Positions 25,236 through 40,100 of a DNA stretch of 64,000 nucleotides are shown one piece after another. The stretch comes from Owenia fusiformis. Its lineage: Eukaryota. The stretch's first letter is position 1; the number at the start of each line of letters is the position of its first letter. Both the position numbers and the translations under genes were made by a program. The stretch lies in assembly GCA_903813345.2 (NCBI GenBank), contig CAIIXF020000001.1, positions 28,024,001-28,088,000 on the forward strand. Reading direction: 5' to 3'. The notes under the pieces were generated by a model. That model made no database searches. It saw only the letters and a list, made by a program, of their open reading frames with translations, and had not been told where the DNA came from.

Positions 25236-28151
25236 AACCTACGGCTGTCAAGTATTTCACCGTTTATAGCTGTAATCTGAACAGTCATGTGCGTAACCAG
25301 GGGGGAGGTGTGATCGCATTCCGCCCACAACATTACAAAAATTATAGTTTGAAGTGCTGAGAATGCACCATATACAAAGTAAATTTTTTAAAGTTGAAAC
25401 CCCGTTCTCCCCTTTTTGCGGCTCACTTTGCGCCCTTGAGAGTGATCAATCTTCAGTTTTAGTAACCCTCAAATATATTTGATTCATACGGATATGTTAT
25501 TTTGTATCAATCAAACCACTTCATAAATCTTCTTTCCTGACAATATCAAAGCTTGAAAAGAATCCCTGTCCAAGCGAGCAGTACAACAATTTCCGAATGG
25601 TTGCACCTTTTTTAATTTAAAGGAAATTTATTCCACTTCTACATTCATGTGCATGAATTCTTTTTGATTCAAATTAGTTACAGAAAAGAAGGTTTATGTC
25701 CAAGACTGTTGATTGTTTAAATTACACATATAATTATGATTCAAAAATATTTTAAAGTTATTTCAGGAGAAAAGTACATGTATCGGCCAATTTAATCAAT
25801 ATCTTTATTTCTCATTACCATATGTAATATTTGCACTTTAAACAGCCTTACACCAAGCTTGCTCAACAACTACATGTACATACAAAGTAGAAGTACCCAT
25901 TAATCCCTAAAATGTTTCCCAGACTCATGGTCAAATCTATAATTTCAAGATAACTACATGTACCCAAAGGCTGGTCTGCTAGAGTTCAATGCTATCTCAA
26001 ATTTGAACTGAATCCAACTAGCAGTCTATCTGGAATTGCAATGACAAGAAATATTGAAAAAATTCAAAATGGCCACCCAATTCAAAGTGGAGTTAATCAG
26101 ATCTTGGTGCTAGTTTGCTCTTGTATCTGTAAAAATTTCAAGCTAAGCTCAACTTCGTTTGCCAATGCTAATAATGACACTCCTGTCACGTCTCTTGTAA
26201 TTTATCTCTTCTAACTAATAGTCGAGACACGAGAGACAATGACAGACTCGACTTCCTGATCGTCTGCCTGTGTGTTATATGCCAATAGCTGGATAAATAC
26301 TATACATGTCTGTTAATGATATTCCTCAGTTTATTGCTCTCTATTCCCCTCTAAAATTAACTTGATAAAGACCTAGTTAAAGGTTAAGATAACCTAGCCA
26401 AGGATTAAAATAAATAAGTCCAAAGTTAAGATCAGCAAGTTCAAGGATAAAATGCCCTTACCATAAGATACACTACTCAGAGGTTAAACCTATTGTTTAG
26501 ATTGCCTAGATGACCTAAACAAACTCTAAATATAACATTTGTAGCCCTGGATTTTATTAGCTCCTCCCTTGGTTAAACCGACTTTATATCCCTGGATTGG
26601 GAAATGAGTCAAACATCATACAACGTACCTTGTCCAAATCTTATATCAAATTCAGTGCTTGATTATTTTTAGACATTTTAGGCCAAGGTTAATGAATTTA
26701 ATGTTTACAATTCTCAACTGCATTATATTTTATATTTAAGGAAAATACCACTTTATACGTAGCAGATTATGACAGAAAATGTGTCTAACTACCAAATTAA
26801 CAAAGGATTAACTAAAGGTAAAAGCATCATTCCCCATGGACTACTAACTCTGCTACAAAATCAAACAAACACAATGCTCGATAATGGAATTAAATTTTTC
26901 TCGCCTTTATTCTCAATACTGTTTCTTGATGTCTCTGACTGAGATTCTTTCAAAAACATTTCTTTTTATTTTAAACCAGGCCATATAATATTGCACGTAA
27001 TGATATTCCATGGAGTCTACCTTGATGTCAAGATTCATTATGACAGGATTTCTGGCATTTATTTCCAGTCCATTTTAGATGTGCCTAAATGGTCTTTCAA
27101 TAGTAACTTTACCCTATATCAGATACGGGTATCATCCTTTGTTGACATATACTTGTGTTATATGCCAAGGGCCAATCCAAGCATTCCGTGATAAGTCAAT
27201 GGCCACTGTGGTAGGCCAGGAGCTGCTCCTCTATAGGTCGAGGGCCATTTCACACAGGCTGTTCCGTAGTTATAAGCGGTTAAGGCCACTTCATCCTAAG
27301 CCAATGGCCACTCTATACATGTATAAAATAGCCAGGGACCATTCTGTGCTAAGTCAAACACTGTTTAAGAGCCACAACAATGTTCCATGAGTAGCTTTAC
27401 AAGGCCTCCTAGAACCTCTCCTATCATTTAAGGTGGCCTGTGAGATCCTTTGGCTGCTTAATTGCTTAATTGTGTCTAAGCTCTAACTGAAAAATGTGAA
27501 AACAATATTTATGTATACTTTATGTATAAGTTAAAATAAATTATTCTTTGTGCATGTACATCTACACATTCAGACAACTCTTCAAAATAAAAATTAAAAA
27601 AATATATAATAAAAAATATACTAGCATACACTTACGAAATACACAGCATACGAAAAAATATACTGTAAATTTTGCAGAATATTGTTCAATCAGAATGTAC
27701 TGCATGTACTAGTGTCATGTAAGAATCATGTAAGCAGATAAAAACAAGGCATTAACATGCAAAATGTCACCAGCTGCCATTTGCTTAACACCAACCACCA
27801 TCCATTTGTTACAGACGCCAGACACAAATCAACATCCACAAAAAAGTGTAAAACCACAAAACCTGATAAGCACGCGGTACTAACTTCGACCGTTAATTTG
27901 AATTTTTGACCTACCGGATGTTTGAAAATCAATGATTACGAGTCTCATACTGCATCGTTTTTCTTCAAACTTGTGTCATTCAAAGCATAACAAAAATCCC
28001 TTTCTGTTGATACATTATTCTCTTAAACAGAGTCCCTACTTCCAGCGGCATTTTGGTCCCCAGCTGTAAGAAGGCCTTCTAACAGCAGGGGACCAAAACG
28101 CAGCTAGAACGATGAATATGAGGAGTCTAACCTGTGTCTTTTGTCAGCCAT

Positions 28152-31100
28152 TCAAACAACACAATACTTGTACATAATACTCCTTGCATAATCCTTGGAT
28201 CCACTGTTCTGTAGTATTACACACATGTTGTATGCAATAGTAGGCCTTAAGTCAAATATCTACAACATTAGACACAATCAGTTTAAAACGTGTAAAATTG
28301 TATAAGCCTGTTTTCAAGTGTATATATTTTCCATATCATTATTTTTTCTAAAATGGATTTTAAGGTTTTTGCAGTCTTATTATGGGTGATCTAGAGATCT
28401 ATAAGCTGATTATACTCGGTCCAGGTGTCATTTGATTAATAATTATATTGTACAACGTCTACATATACATATAGATTTACCTCATTGTTATCTGAAATAA
28501 CAGGCTCGAATGTCAAGGCTTTTTCATAGTAGTGGACAGCAGCATACAGGATACCTGCAAGTTGATACATAGAATATTAACATAATACATTTTGTGCAAT
28601 TATCACATTATGATGTAAACATAATCTTTGCTCAAAAATGGGCAGCTTGGGTGGGCCCAAGGATTTTTATTCTGCGCTGTATCAAATTCTTTCAACACTT
28701 GGCCTTGTACAATAATACAATAATACCTACAAGAAAATGTGAAGAATATAAGTGCATTATAAATGATTATAAACTCTGTAGAATTATCATAACGATTTTA
28801 AAATATCAGAATCATATGTTTGTTAAGGGCTCACAAATTGGCAGCTGCATTGGCTCAAGAGTTCATTGCATTGACAATGTGTTTACCTGATCCACAGCAC
28901 AATGTAATTGGCAAACTAACTTGATAAGTCACAATTTGCTTGTTAGATTCATATTGTGCTCATGGCAAGCTGACAGTCTGCTAAATACTGTATATCTAAT
29001 ACCTTTTAATTAAAAGCTGAGGTCAATAATTGTCTATGTATCCGTGGAGTCAGCATATCTCTATTGACATTTAATCCAAAGTGAATTAGGTTTGATATAC
29101 AACTATGTACTCACCTAATTGGTGCAAGGCTCTTCCCATGTTATAGTAGGCCTCTTGACATTCACCCCTCAACTCTAAGTAGCGATTCAGAAATGTGCAG
29201 CCCTGTGTGTACAAAGGATAAATCAATGGTACAGCTCTTATGTGAAATAACAAGTGACAATGGGTAAATAGTACTGTAATAAGGGCTGTACAAGGATATA
29301 AATGGAATGACCACTCAAAATTGACATTAGTATTCATTATCGACCATATAAGGGAATTATATAACATTGTTTTGTGAATAATTCCCAAATGAAACTGCTA
29401 TATAATAATGTTTTCAGTCAATTAAATGCCATAATATTAAAGAGAGAATCAGATATAGCGAGCAGGCTAAACAAAAAACTGTTTCAGTTTTAGAATATTT
29501 TTGGCTCATGTCATTCCTTGTCATGTCTATTTTCTAAAAATCACAAAAGTGCATACTTTATTCCAGGAAAATTTAAGATTTTTACAGTAATGTACTATTT
29601 TTCTATAAGAATGGTTACCATTCTTATTATTTGGGAGAATTTAAACGTTTTTGACCCATTTTTGCACTTTGAATCATTAATAACTTCACCAATTTATAAC
29701 ATATTGTGAATCTTTTCGGAGATATTGTATTTGATAGTGTAAGGAATAGATTGGTAGGTCAGTTATACATGTTGCTTGTAATTTTGTCACCCCCTATAGA
29801 TCAGATTCTGCCTTTAAGTTTGCAATTTAATTTTACATTATACTTCTAGAATATATTATTGTGCGTCTGTGTACAATAGTATAGTTTCCATATAGCTTTT
29901 GAAATCTCACTAAATCTCGTTTTTCGTGAGATTTTAAGAGAATTGCATATTAGACCTCTAATGACTTACATTACCTTCTTTTAAATGGTATATTAGAATT
30001 CAGTGAAATGTTTTCTCCTAAAATAGCTTTGATTTACACAGTTATGTAATTTGAATAATTTTCTATGACAATTTAAAAAAAACTTGGGCCAAATGTCCAT
30101 AGATGCAATGCTAAAATTCATTAAAACCGTGGATTATTTGTATGTCAATCAACATTTGCATGTTTAATCACAACATGCACATAAACAGGGTCATCATGTG
30201 GTATATCATTCAAGTTTTATACAGATTCAACAAACACACTTTGATAAATCATGAAATTAAGCCACTTTTCAAAGATTTTAGCATGTAAGTGAATGGAGCT
30301 CTAGCCCAAGTTAAAAGCTGAATAAAAGATGGCAGCACGAGATTTCATTGATTTTTCTGCTATTTAGAAACTATCCTATCATGATTGAAAGCTGGCAACA
30401 ACAACAACTGTCTATCCAAGTCAAAAGTTAGTCATGATAATACAATGTCATAAGACTCTTCCTATAAAACCAAACTGACTACTGTATGGTGTTTAATTGT
30501 TAAGTGACACCTATCATAAGACCGTCTCCCTTTAAAATCCTACCTGTATGACTATTGTATGACTTTTGGTCTGGAACATCTGGCAAAAGAGGTGGAAATA
30601 AGTGACACCTTTCAAAAGACCCCTCCTCTATAGAATCCTACCTGTGTGACTATTGTATGGTGTTTGGTCTGCAATTTCTTGCAGGCAAAGTAGAAATGAG
30701 TGACACCTATCATAAGACCCTCTCGCCATAAAATCCTACCTGTATGACTATTGTATGGCGTTTGGTCTGGAACTTCTGGCAGGCAAGGTGAAAATAAGTG
30801 ACACCTATCATAAGACTGATCAGGGGATTACTGCTGTCCTTCCTAAATGCCATCACATACTCTCCTGTAAATTAAACAAGTAAAATTGAATTGGACAATT
30901 ACAGTATATTTCAGTATTACATACCCAGCGAAGCATTTGTATGGAAGTCAATGGAGCTGAAGGTCGGCTATATATTCCTTTTGACATGATTTCTTCTAAA
31001 TTTCACTTGCACACTTGGTCATCGTAATATTGATGACAGACCTCAGGCATATATTCAATGATAGGGACATAATGGCTAAATATTTTAAATTTATTGCAAT

Positions 31101-34100
31101 TATAGAACCATTCATTCATTCTTACTTATATTTTTCATGTCATACACAAACAGTTTATATCCTCAAATATTAAAACATTCCTGTAAAATACAATCATTTT
31201 TCTGCCTTTTCTAGTGGCAGTACTACCGATCGGTGCATTGATCGTATTTGCTGACGCACCGATCAACGCACCGAGATAGTGCGCCACGATGAACTTAAAT
31301 GAGATCCTCGGCGTGACCTGTACTGTACTCACCAAGGGCATGTTTGTAGCTGCCAGTAATAAGAGCATTGTGTCCATTCAACATAGCTAGAGGTAGATGA
31401 TCTTGGTACTTGAACTGCTGCCTCAGTACAAATCTATTATGACGCATATCCTCACATAAGGTGACCACTTGAGCAAATAGGTTCCAGCCCTGGTTGTTCT
31501 CAGGATACTGAAAACAGGGAAGACATGACCACTTGAGCAAATAGGTTCCAGCCCTGGTTGTTCTCAGGGTACTGAAAACAGGGAAGACATGACATCCATG
31601 TGAATAATGAAAATAAGCCCTCAAGGTCAAGGTCAAGCTCAAGGTCAACTCAATCAGCTTCTACTCTTGGATGTTTTCTGTTTTCTGGCTGTGTTCTGTA
31701 ATCAATTTTTGATACTCTTCCGTTGGCGCATATATATACTGGATTGGATGGCTGATACAATATGATCAATGTATGCTATGGTTGACATTGGTCAAATGTA
31801 ATTTAGATTATTTGGTACTTTGTGTTCTCTTATCTGTTTGTCGGAGTCTTGGTAATGTTGCATATTTAGTTGAAAATATAGAGTAAAAAGTTTTATATTG
31901 CAATTTAAATTGATTCATATTTAAAGTCTGATGACTTCAACTTAAAGTGTGCGCCTGACCCGGCTACGTATAGCACAGAGTTTATACTAGCGGATTAGAC
32001 TAGTTCATTTTTTATATGTGTGTGAAAGCTTTCTCTTATTTGCGTTTTTTCGTTTAGTACGGTTTTGTTATAATTGCCGAGGTCATATAACCGGGATAAA
32101 ACAATGATTATCGTTGACTGCCCACACACAAAACATACGTTGAGTGAACAGTGTTATTACAAACAACAGGCTTTAGAATACAAAGCGTAGTGTGATAATA
32201 AGCTGCACACTACCTCTGCTGCATGTACATATTACTAATTTACTAGGGCTCCCAAAGAGTGGATAGGGAGGTTGTGTTTGTCACTTTTAAATTTTACATT
32301 TCAAAATTGTCATTTTACATGTCATAATTTGTTGGTTTCATTCGTTTAGCCAATCAAAACATTGTAAAACAATAAATTGTCTGTTACGTACATTTAAAAA
32401 TGTTTAGTTTTGATTAGTTGTCAGAATAAAGTTACGTTCATCTGAATCCATGTATCAAAACAAAAATCCTATTTTCACTTCAAAATACTTCAGTGAGATG
32501 AAGGCTCCGAATTGTCACATGCAATAACTTATTGTTGTATTCGTTATTTTATCTTCTCGATAGTAGAATTTAGTCGCACATTTGATGCCAGGTCACCTTG
32601 TCGCGTACCTCTTGGGGAACCCCACATTTATGTGTGTACTCATGGAAGTAAATTCCCCGGTGTAGCCGAGAGCCACAAACTTTTCAACAGGTTCGAAATG
32701 ACCAATTTCTCTCATATATACTCTAAATATTTTATTATTTAGCACCTACAAAGTATTGCTAATAATCATATGTAATTTCAATAAGGAAACTTATCTGGCT
32801 ACATATAAATTCAATATCAACACTAGCTGTTCTCTCAACACGTCCTGGCTTACCTTGTGGTGACAAACCCTGGATTTTCGCTATTTATAGTTTATCAACA
32901 CCTGGACGCATGCGCATTTTATACTTTATCGGGCACTTTAAACAGGTGTAAAGTTTCATGTAAAACTGATGGGATAATTAGGTCAGGGCTGCCGTTTGAA
33001 AGAAAACTAACTGTATGTCCTCCTTTGCTAAATGACATCAGATTATACTGATCAAATTGATTATGTTGTTAGTTAGACCCTTTAATTGGTGTTTTCCTTG
33101 TATTACCTTGACACATATATCTCTATTTTCCTTGTATTACCTTGACACATATATCTCTAGCATATGAGTAAGCAGCACCCCCATCTCTGTTCAGCATACT
33201 AGCCACCATCACAGAGAAAGCAAACCTCTAAAAACAAAAACAACCATGAAATATATGTGACTCACAATGAATGGAATTATGAGTGGAAATGAGACTTATA
33301 GTGATGAAAAATTAGGAGAAGGGCCTAAATAAAATGTTTTGTGTTGATCATCCATTCACTTATATGGGTTTAATAGATCGACCATTACAGACTTGATCCA
33401 TTTCTATTCTGCATGCTGCTAATGCACTACATTCAGTTTTAGGTCTAGAATTTTCTTAACTGGGTAGAAAATATATTATTTTACCATCTCTAATAATATT
33501 CCAAATCGTTCCATATTTCATCCAAGAATACAAATGTTTCGTGATTATCTACATTTATTGTATAAAATATTTTGATTCATGAAGAATATCCTTTGGTATG
33601 AGTGAAAGAATGTGTAGAAATACCTTCTCAAGCTCTGGTGTACCAACAAATGCTCCATTCAACACAGATAACTGAGTGAAGAACTGCAACTCTGAGAATC
33701 TTTTCAGTTTTATATAGAGGTCACACACCTAGAAGTATATGTAATCAAAATCTTATTTTACTGAACGCTTCATTGCATCTGAAAGTACATGAGAATTATG
33801 AATTTTGATATTGGCCGGAGATAATCTCTAAATGCCTTGGTCAAATTTGCTCCGATTCATTGGCCGGCATCTGGCCGATAGAGTATCCTGTTCACGGTTG
33901 TATTCAGTTTTTAACAGAATACTCAATCGGCCGGATGCCAGCCGGTGAATCGGGGCAAATTTGACCAAGGCATACATAGTCTACCAGTTTGCTAGTAAAT
34001 CAAAGTATATTTGGTCAATTCTATCCATCAAACTTATCAAAGAGCAAACATTTTTGATTCTATTAATTGGAATGTGTAAAGCTACTCACTTTGAAATATA

Positions 34101-37100
34101 GATTAACTGAGTCATCCAATGCAGTTTCTATTAACACTGCAAAATCTGAAAATAAAGAGCATCAAATTAAAACATCTTTAGAGGTGTACACTGTACATAC
34201 CTGGTATATGAATCAACATACTTATTCGACTCAATCTGAATGCAAAAACAACAAAACATTTAATATTTCTAATCAAATAAGACCATGATAATGAAAAAAA
34301 CATCTATATATGATGCTTACTAGATAGGGGTGAGACGACAACCCGATGAGTCGCGGACTCGCGGGTTTGGGGCTTCGAGTCGAGTCGAATCGAGTCGAAG
34401 TTGATGAATCGAATCATTTTCGAGTTGAGAAAAAAATTCGAAAAAATAAAAAAATTCAGAAAAATACTGTCAATATGCATGTTTTTACTCGATATTGCGT
34501 TGATTATATAAGTTTCAATGACTTGGATATGCTTGTATTAAATTATTATATTGTATGTACACATAAATGAAAGAATATATGTAATAAAATCAGAATAAAC
34601 TTACGACAAATTGTGTTTGTTTATATTTCCGGCTTTCAACCATTGACGCATTAAAAATACGAACGGTCAAAAGCAATGTTGTTCGCACTTTATCTGACTC
34701 GAAACGGATTCGAAACTCGAATCGTCATTTTCTGACTCGAATCAGATTCGACTCGAATCAGATTTTTTTGACTCGTCTCACCCCTATTACTAGATAATTT
34801 TCTTGATTCTATAACAACATAAACATTTTTTTTATTCTCACAGTGTTATAAGTATTCTCAGTACTTAATATCATGTAGTGTAGTGTAGCGTAGCATAGTG
34901 TAGTGTAGTATCTTAGGCTGAACGCCATCAGCAAACAGAGTTCTGAAAGAATAAGTAATAACAAAGGGACATGTGTTTCACATGACCTTTTGTTTCAGCT
35001 TCACGAAAGTAAAAACAATTCTCTCTCACCTTTCTTCATCCTCTCAATGATGACCTTCCCCTCTGGATGTGTTGTTTTCAGTTGGTCCAGCCTGTGTCTC
35101 AGTGATCTCGCAATCTCTGCAAAATAAAGTGTATAGTATGCAAGTATCACACCACAGCTAGGCAAGATCTGTCTGACTCCATCCAATCCGGACATGTTAT
35201 TTCATATAACTGCATTGCATTATACAACCAATAACCAACTCAAAGTCGCTTGATAATTGATGCTTTGACAACTTGACCCTTGCAAAAAATGTCATTGAAA
35301 ATATGTCCTTTTAGTGGTTTTGTATCTTTAGTTTATTTTCTAGAAAATATTTTGCAATGTGTGAAAAGAATTTAAGCCAAAGGACTCAAGTTTTCAAAAA
35401 TGCCATAGCGTTTTCAGCGTAAAGTATCATATGCAAAGTCTGTACACAGTACCTGTGACATCTATGTCTCCTCTATGGACCCTGTGGATATAGGACCCAT
35501 AGAATAGTTTCTTAGCACAGTCGAACACCTCATCATGTTTCCCTTGGGACAGCAGTAATGTACATTTGTGTTGAGAAAGTTTTACAGCCTACAAAACATA
35601 CATGTACTGAGGTTTCATGAGAATTTTTCACAACAGGCTAAACAAATGAAAACAACAGGCAAAATTAATGGAAATCATAGATTTAACATGGAAAAGTTGA
35701 AAAGTCCATAAAAACAACAGGCGATTTTGATTTTGAAATCACCTGTTGCCTGCTGCTAATGAAACCCCTACATGTATGTGAAGTTCATAAATCATCGTTA
35801 ATCTTCCTCATTATAATAATTACCAAGTCATAACCCTTGAATATAAATCAGAAACAGAAATACTATAATCATATGGGAAAATCATTCCATTACTCAATTA
35901 ACACAAACAGATGAATGGATGGATGGGTGAGTGGGCAATTCAATAGGCTCACCATGTTCCATGTGATCCAAATACGCTCTTACAATACATGGAATAAACT
36001 GTGTTCCATCTAGTTGATGGAAGACACAACGACACAAGTGTCTTTTCTCTTACCTGGGGAGTCAGAGCTGGTTCCTCTTCATAGGATTCCTCCTCTGGAA
36101 AATAAGGAAGGTGTTTAGGCTTTTATCAAGATGACAGAAATTAAAAGTGCCTATGCTTGAAAAACAACCAAAACCAAATTAGAACCAATAACCAGTTCCA
36201 TAATCAAAAAGACCTATAATATTAGTCAACCAGAACAACGGCAACGCCAAAGCGTAGCGAATCCCATCAAACAGCCATGGATGGCATTTTTACAAACAAA
36301 GTATATAGCAAAAATGGCAGCCATTTTTCAAAATGGCCACCTTCTACCAAAAGTGCCATTAGACAGTGTGCCGTGCTTATAGTATTCACATACCAAATAT
36401 GAACAAAATCGCTTCACTACTTTTCGAGTTATAGTAAAATACGTTAAAATGGCGGCCATTTTTCAAATTTTTTTTCAAAATGGCCGCCTTCTACTAAAAG
36501 TGTCTGTAAGCAGTGTGCAATGTTTATAGTATTCACATACCAAATATGAACAAAATCGCTCCACTACTTTTCAAGTTACAGCAAAAATCGTAAAATAACG
36601 AGTAAAGGCCGCCATATTTCAAGATGGCTGCCATGTGCCTCTTTAATATCTACATTTCTAGCTTTATTAATGTCCTATATAATTTTTTTACATCTCAAAC
36701 ATATTGCTATTACAGTTTTACATATTGCACCTAAATTACTGTAAATTCGGCACTAAAATGACCGCCATTTTGAAATGAGCGGCCATTTGGAAAATCGGCT
36801 TTCGAGCAGAACTTCTATTCCCATAGGGTATATGTGTACAAAATATGAACAAAATTGGGCCAACAGTATTTGAGTTATTGCCCGGACGGACAGACGGACG
36901 GATGGATGTACGTACAGACGGACGTACGTACGTACAGACGGACGGACGGACGGACGGACGGACGGACGGACGGACGGACGGAGGCGTTCCCTATATCCCT
37001 CCGAACTTTGTTCGATGGGATAATAACAATTTATTTACAAAAGGGGCAAGGCACAATAGTTAAAATAAACAGCAAACTTCAAATACGATCAAGAGGGAAG

Positions 37101-40100
37101 ACACACAGTAATTAATAGGGAGGTTAAGATAAGCGTAAAAATATACGTGTACCTATCCCTATCCGTATGTTTGTTGCGTATACGTATAGGTAATGCGTAT
37201 TGCAAAATGAGTTTAAGATTAACGTAAAAGGCTACGAAACAGTATTCTACAGTTTATGATAAAGTTAACATCCTAATTATAGAATGAAAACCATGCGATG
37301 GCTTATATGGCATGTTCCAGTACATGTCACCCCCAAGAACTGTTATATACTTCAGTGAGAGTGTGATGTGGCTACTGTAGTTGGGAGGGGGTGTTGGTTG
37401 TGGGCCCGCTAATGGGGCAGTGACTTAAGGTGAAATGTTAAATTTCTAGCATGATCCAGCAATGAGAGTGACCAAATAGTAAAGTTAAACAATTAAAACC
37501 ACGAGAAAATGTCTGATTTCGTACATTTACAATAAGCAAAACTGATGAAGAATGTGTAAATTCAACAATTTCATGCATCATCAATGGCATCGTTTATCGC
37601 ATCAATGAATGTGTTCGACCACTTAATTTCTATGCAGATCGAATGAGAAATGTTTGTTGTTAGTATTCTAAAGTTTAATGGATGATATTTGATCTAGAAA
37701 TGACATAATTTGTTGGTTTTCGAATTACCTATCTTCGGCCATTTATAGGTAATTACGTATCGTAAACCCTGTAACTTAGGTAAAATACCGCTTAGTGTAA
37801 TAACAAACTACGTATAGGTATAGGTAAATGGGTTATTTACGCTAATCTTAAACTCCCTATTATGGCACTTTTTATGTAAAAATTCAAAATGACCACCGAG
37901 TAGTTACCCAAGCATTCACAATACCTAATAATCAGATCTTGGCAGAAGTCTGCTCTTGCATTGGTAAAAAAATTATCAGCACAAGACCAACAATAGTATA
38001 GCACTTAGTAATAGCGCAATAAAAACACTCACCTTGGGAGAGGGCTTTAAGAGCTGCCTCTGGTCTACCAAGCTGCTGTTGTAGGAGTGAGAGGGACACC
38101 CTGGCTCCAATGTGACCAGGGGCAAGTTCCACAACATGTTTATAGGCCTGAGCTGCACTTTGAATGTCCCCTACTGCATTTAAACACTCCCCATAGATTA
38201 GCCACACTGCAGCCTATAATGAAGGAGGATATTACTATCATACTATTTCAGAATCAAAAGTAAAAAATCTGGTGTCTCAGAAACAAATAATGTTTCGGTT
38301 TCATATCAGTCTTAGTAGTAAACCTCAATCCCATTGTACTCTTTGATACTTTAAAATGTACACTTACCAAATTGTATCCTTCTGTGCTGACCAATGTCCC
38401 AAGTATTGGCTTTGCTTCCTTGTATTCACCTACAGCCATATAAGCCTCAGCTATGTCTAGGTACAGATCCCCAGTGTCCTTAGCATCTTCTTCGAACAAT
38501 ACTGCTACTACAGCCTAAACATTGATGAGCAATGAGCTTAATAACTCTATCTACATTGAATGATTATATATCGGTCAGTAAAAAGGACTGTGATGGACTG
38601 CATTAAGATTACCAAAATTTCAAAATCCTCATATTCCTTCCGCAATTTTTTTAGAAATAATCATTGCTTGTTTGACAATAATATCATACTTTAATTTGTG
38701 TTATAAAAAACTCTAATAAAATAGGAACGTTTACAGGGATGAGGGAGGGAAGGGGATTTAGGAGGGGAGGGGAATTTAGGCCTATCATGATTAGTTGATT
38801 ACCGTAAAAGCTACCTACCTTTATACTGTCTCTAGGGAGTCTCAGATGAATCATACATACAACCAGTTTCACCCTCAAGTCAATAGGAAGCTCTTCTGGT
38901 ACAGTGCACCTATTGGAACAAAATACAATTTCAACTTAAACTGACATTCTGCCTCAAAAATCACCCATTCTTTTCAATTCCTGCGAACCATAAGTGTCCC
39001 AAAATTTGAATGTCAAACAATAACATTACTGTAAAAGAGTCCAAAAGAAGCCTTTTACTGGAACATAATTTAAATTTTCTGAAACAACATAATACAATCA
39101 CAGATGTTAGATATTTCATTGAATTCAAAGATTATAATTGGACTTTGGGAACTATTTTTATATCTGTACCTCAAACAGATTTGACATTATTATTGTGTTT
39201 ATAAAAGGCTGGCAAATCCTATATAAAAATAATAATAAAAAATAAGTTAAAGTCTTCAATATTTCTTACATTGTCTCTTTCTCTTCTCCCTCCTCCAGTT
39301 CTATGCCACAGTACTTCACAAGTATCTGAAGAAATTGCATTTTTACATATAACAATTGCATTCTTTAGAAAAATCTGTACTCTAAAAAATGAAAACAGTC
39401 TTTAACTGCATGGATTTTCATTTTTTACAACTTCATGTTTTGTAGATATATTTGTTTTATACGTGTAGATGTATGTAAAATGACAAGCAATGTCTCACTT
39501 CATTTGGTGAATTCAATAATGTATCACTTGATTATAATGTGAAATTCAAATACTTTTCAGGTGGTTCACTGTCCATATTGTTTGCATATACGTAATTTAA
39601 AAATTGCCATTCCATGCCCTTTTGTAAATTTCTTAAAGAAAAGCTATCAATTTATTTGGAAATCCACAAACCTCCATAGAAGTCTTATGATCTTTCACAG
39701 ATATCAACAGTTCAAGTAGAAGATTCACATCTAAAACAAAGAAACAAAGGATGACACAGAACACAATGCTAATTGAACAGCACTTAAAGTACATTCAATT
39801 TGAGAGATCATATCAAGTCTTTAGAAGATTGTAATGTTTCCTCATATCTGTATATATAATAATAAATATACAGTGAAACCTGCAATTCTGAACATCTCTC
39901 TAATCCGAACACCTCTCAATGTGAACACTTATTCTCGGTCTCAATTTGTTAGCTCTCATAGACTCAAGTATTATTAAGAAAACCATTATTGTGAACAACT
40001 GCTAATCAGAACAACTTTTGACAAGTCCCAGTGACATTTGGATAGGACACGTTTTACTATAGATGACACTTAACTAGGACACGTTTTACTATAGATGACA

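Noticed and set aside
38737-38780. G-rich tract (possible G-quadruplex) near a GTF3C3 donor
   Set aside because: Short low-complexity purine tract with no evidence of function.
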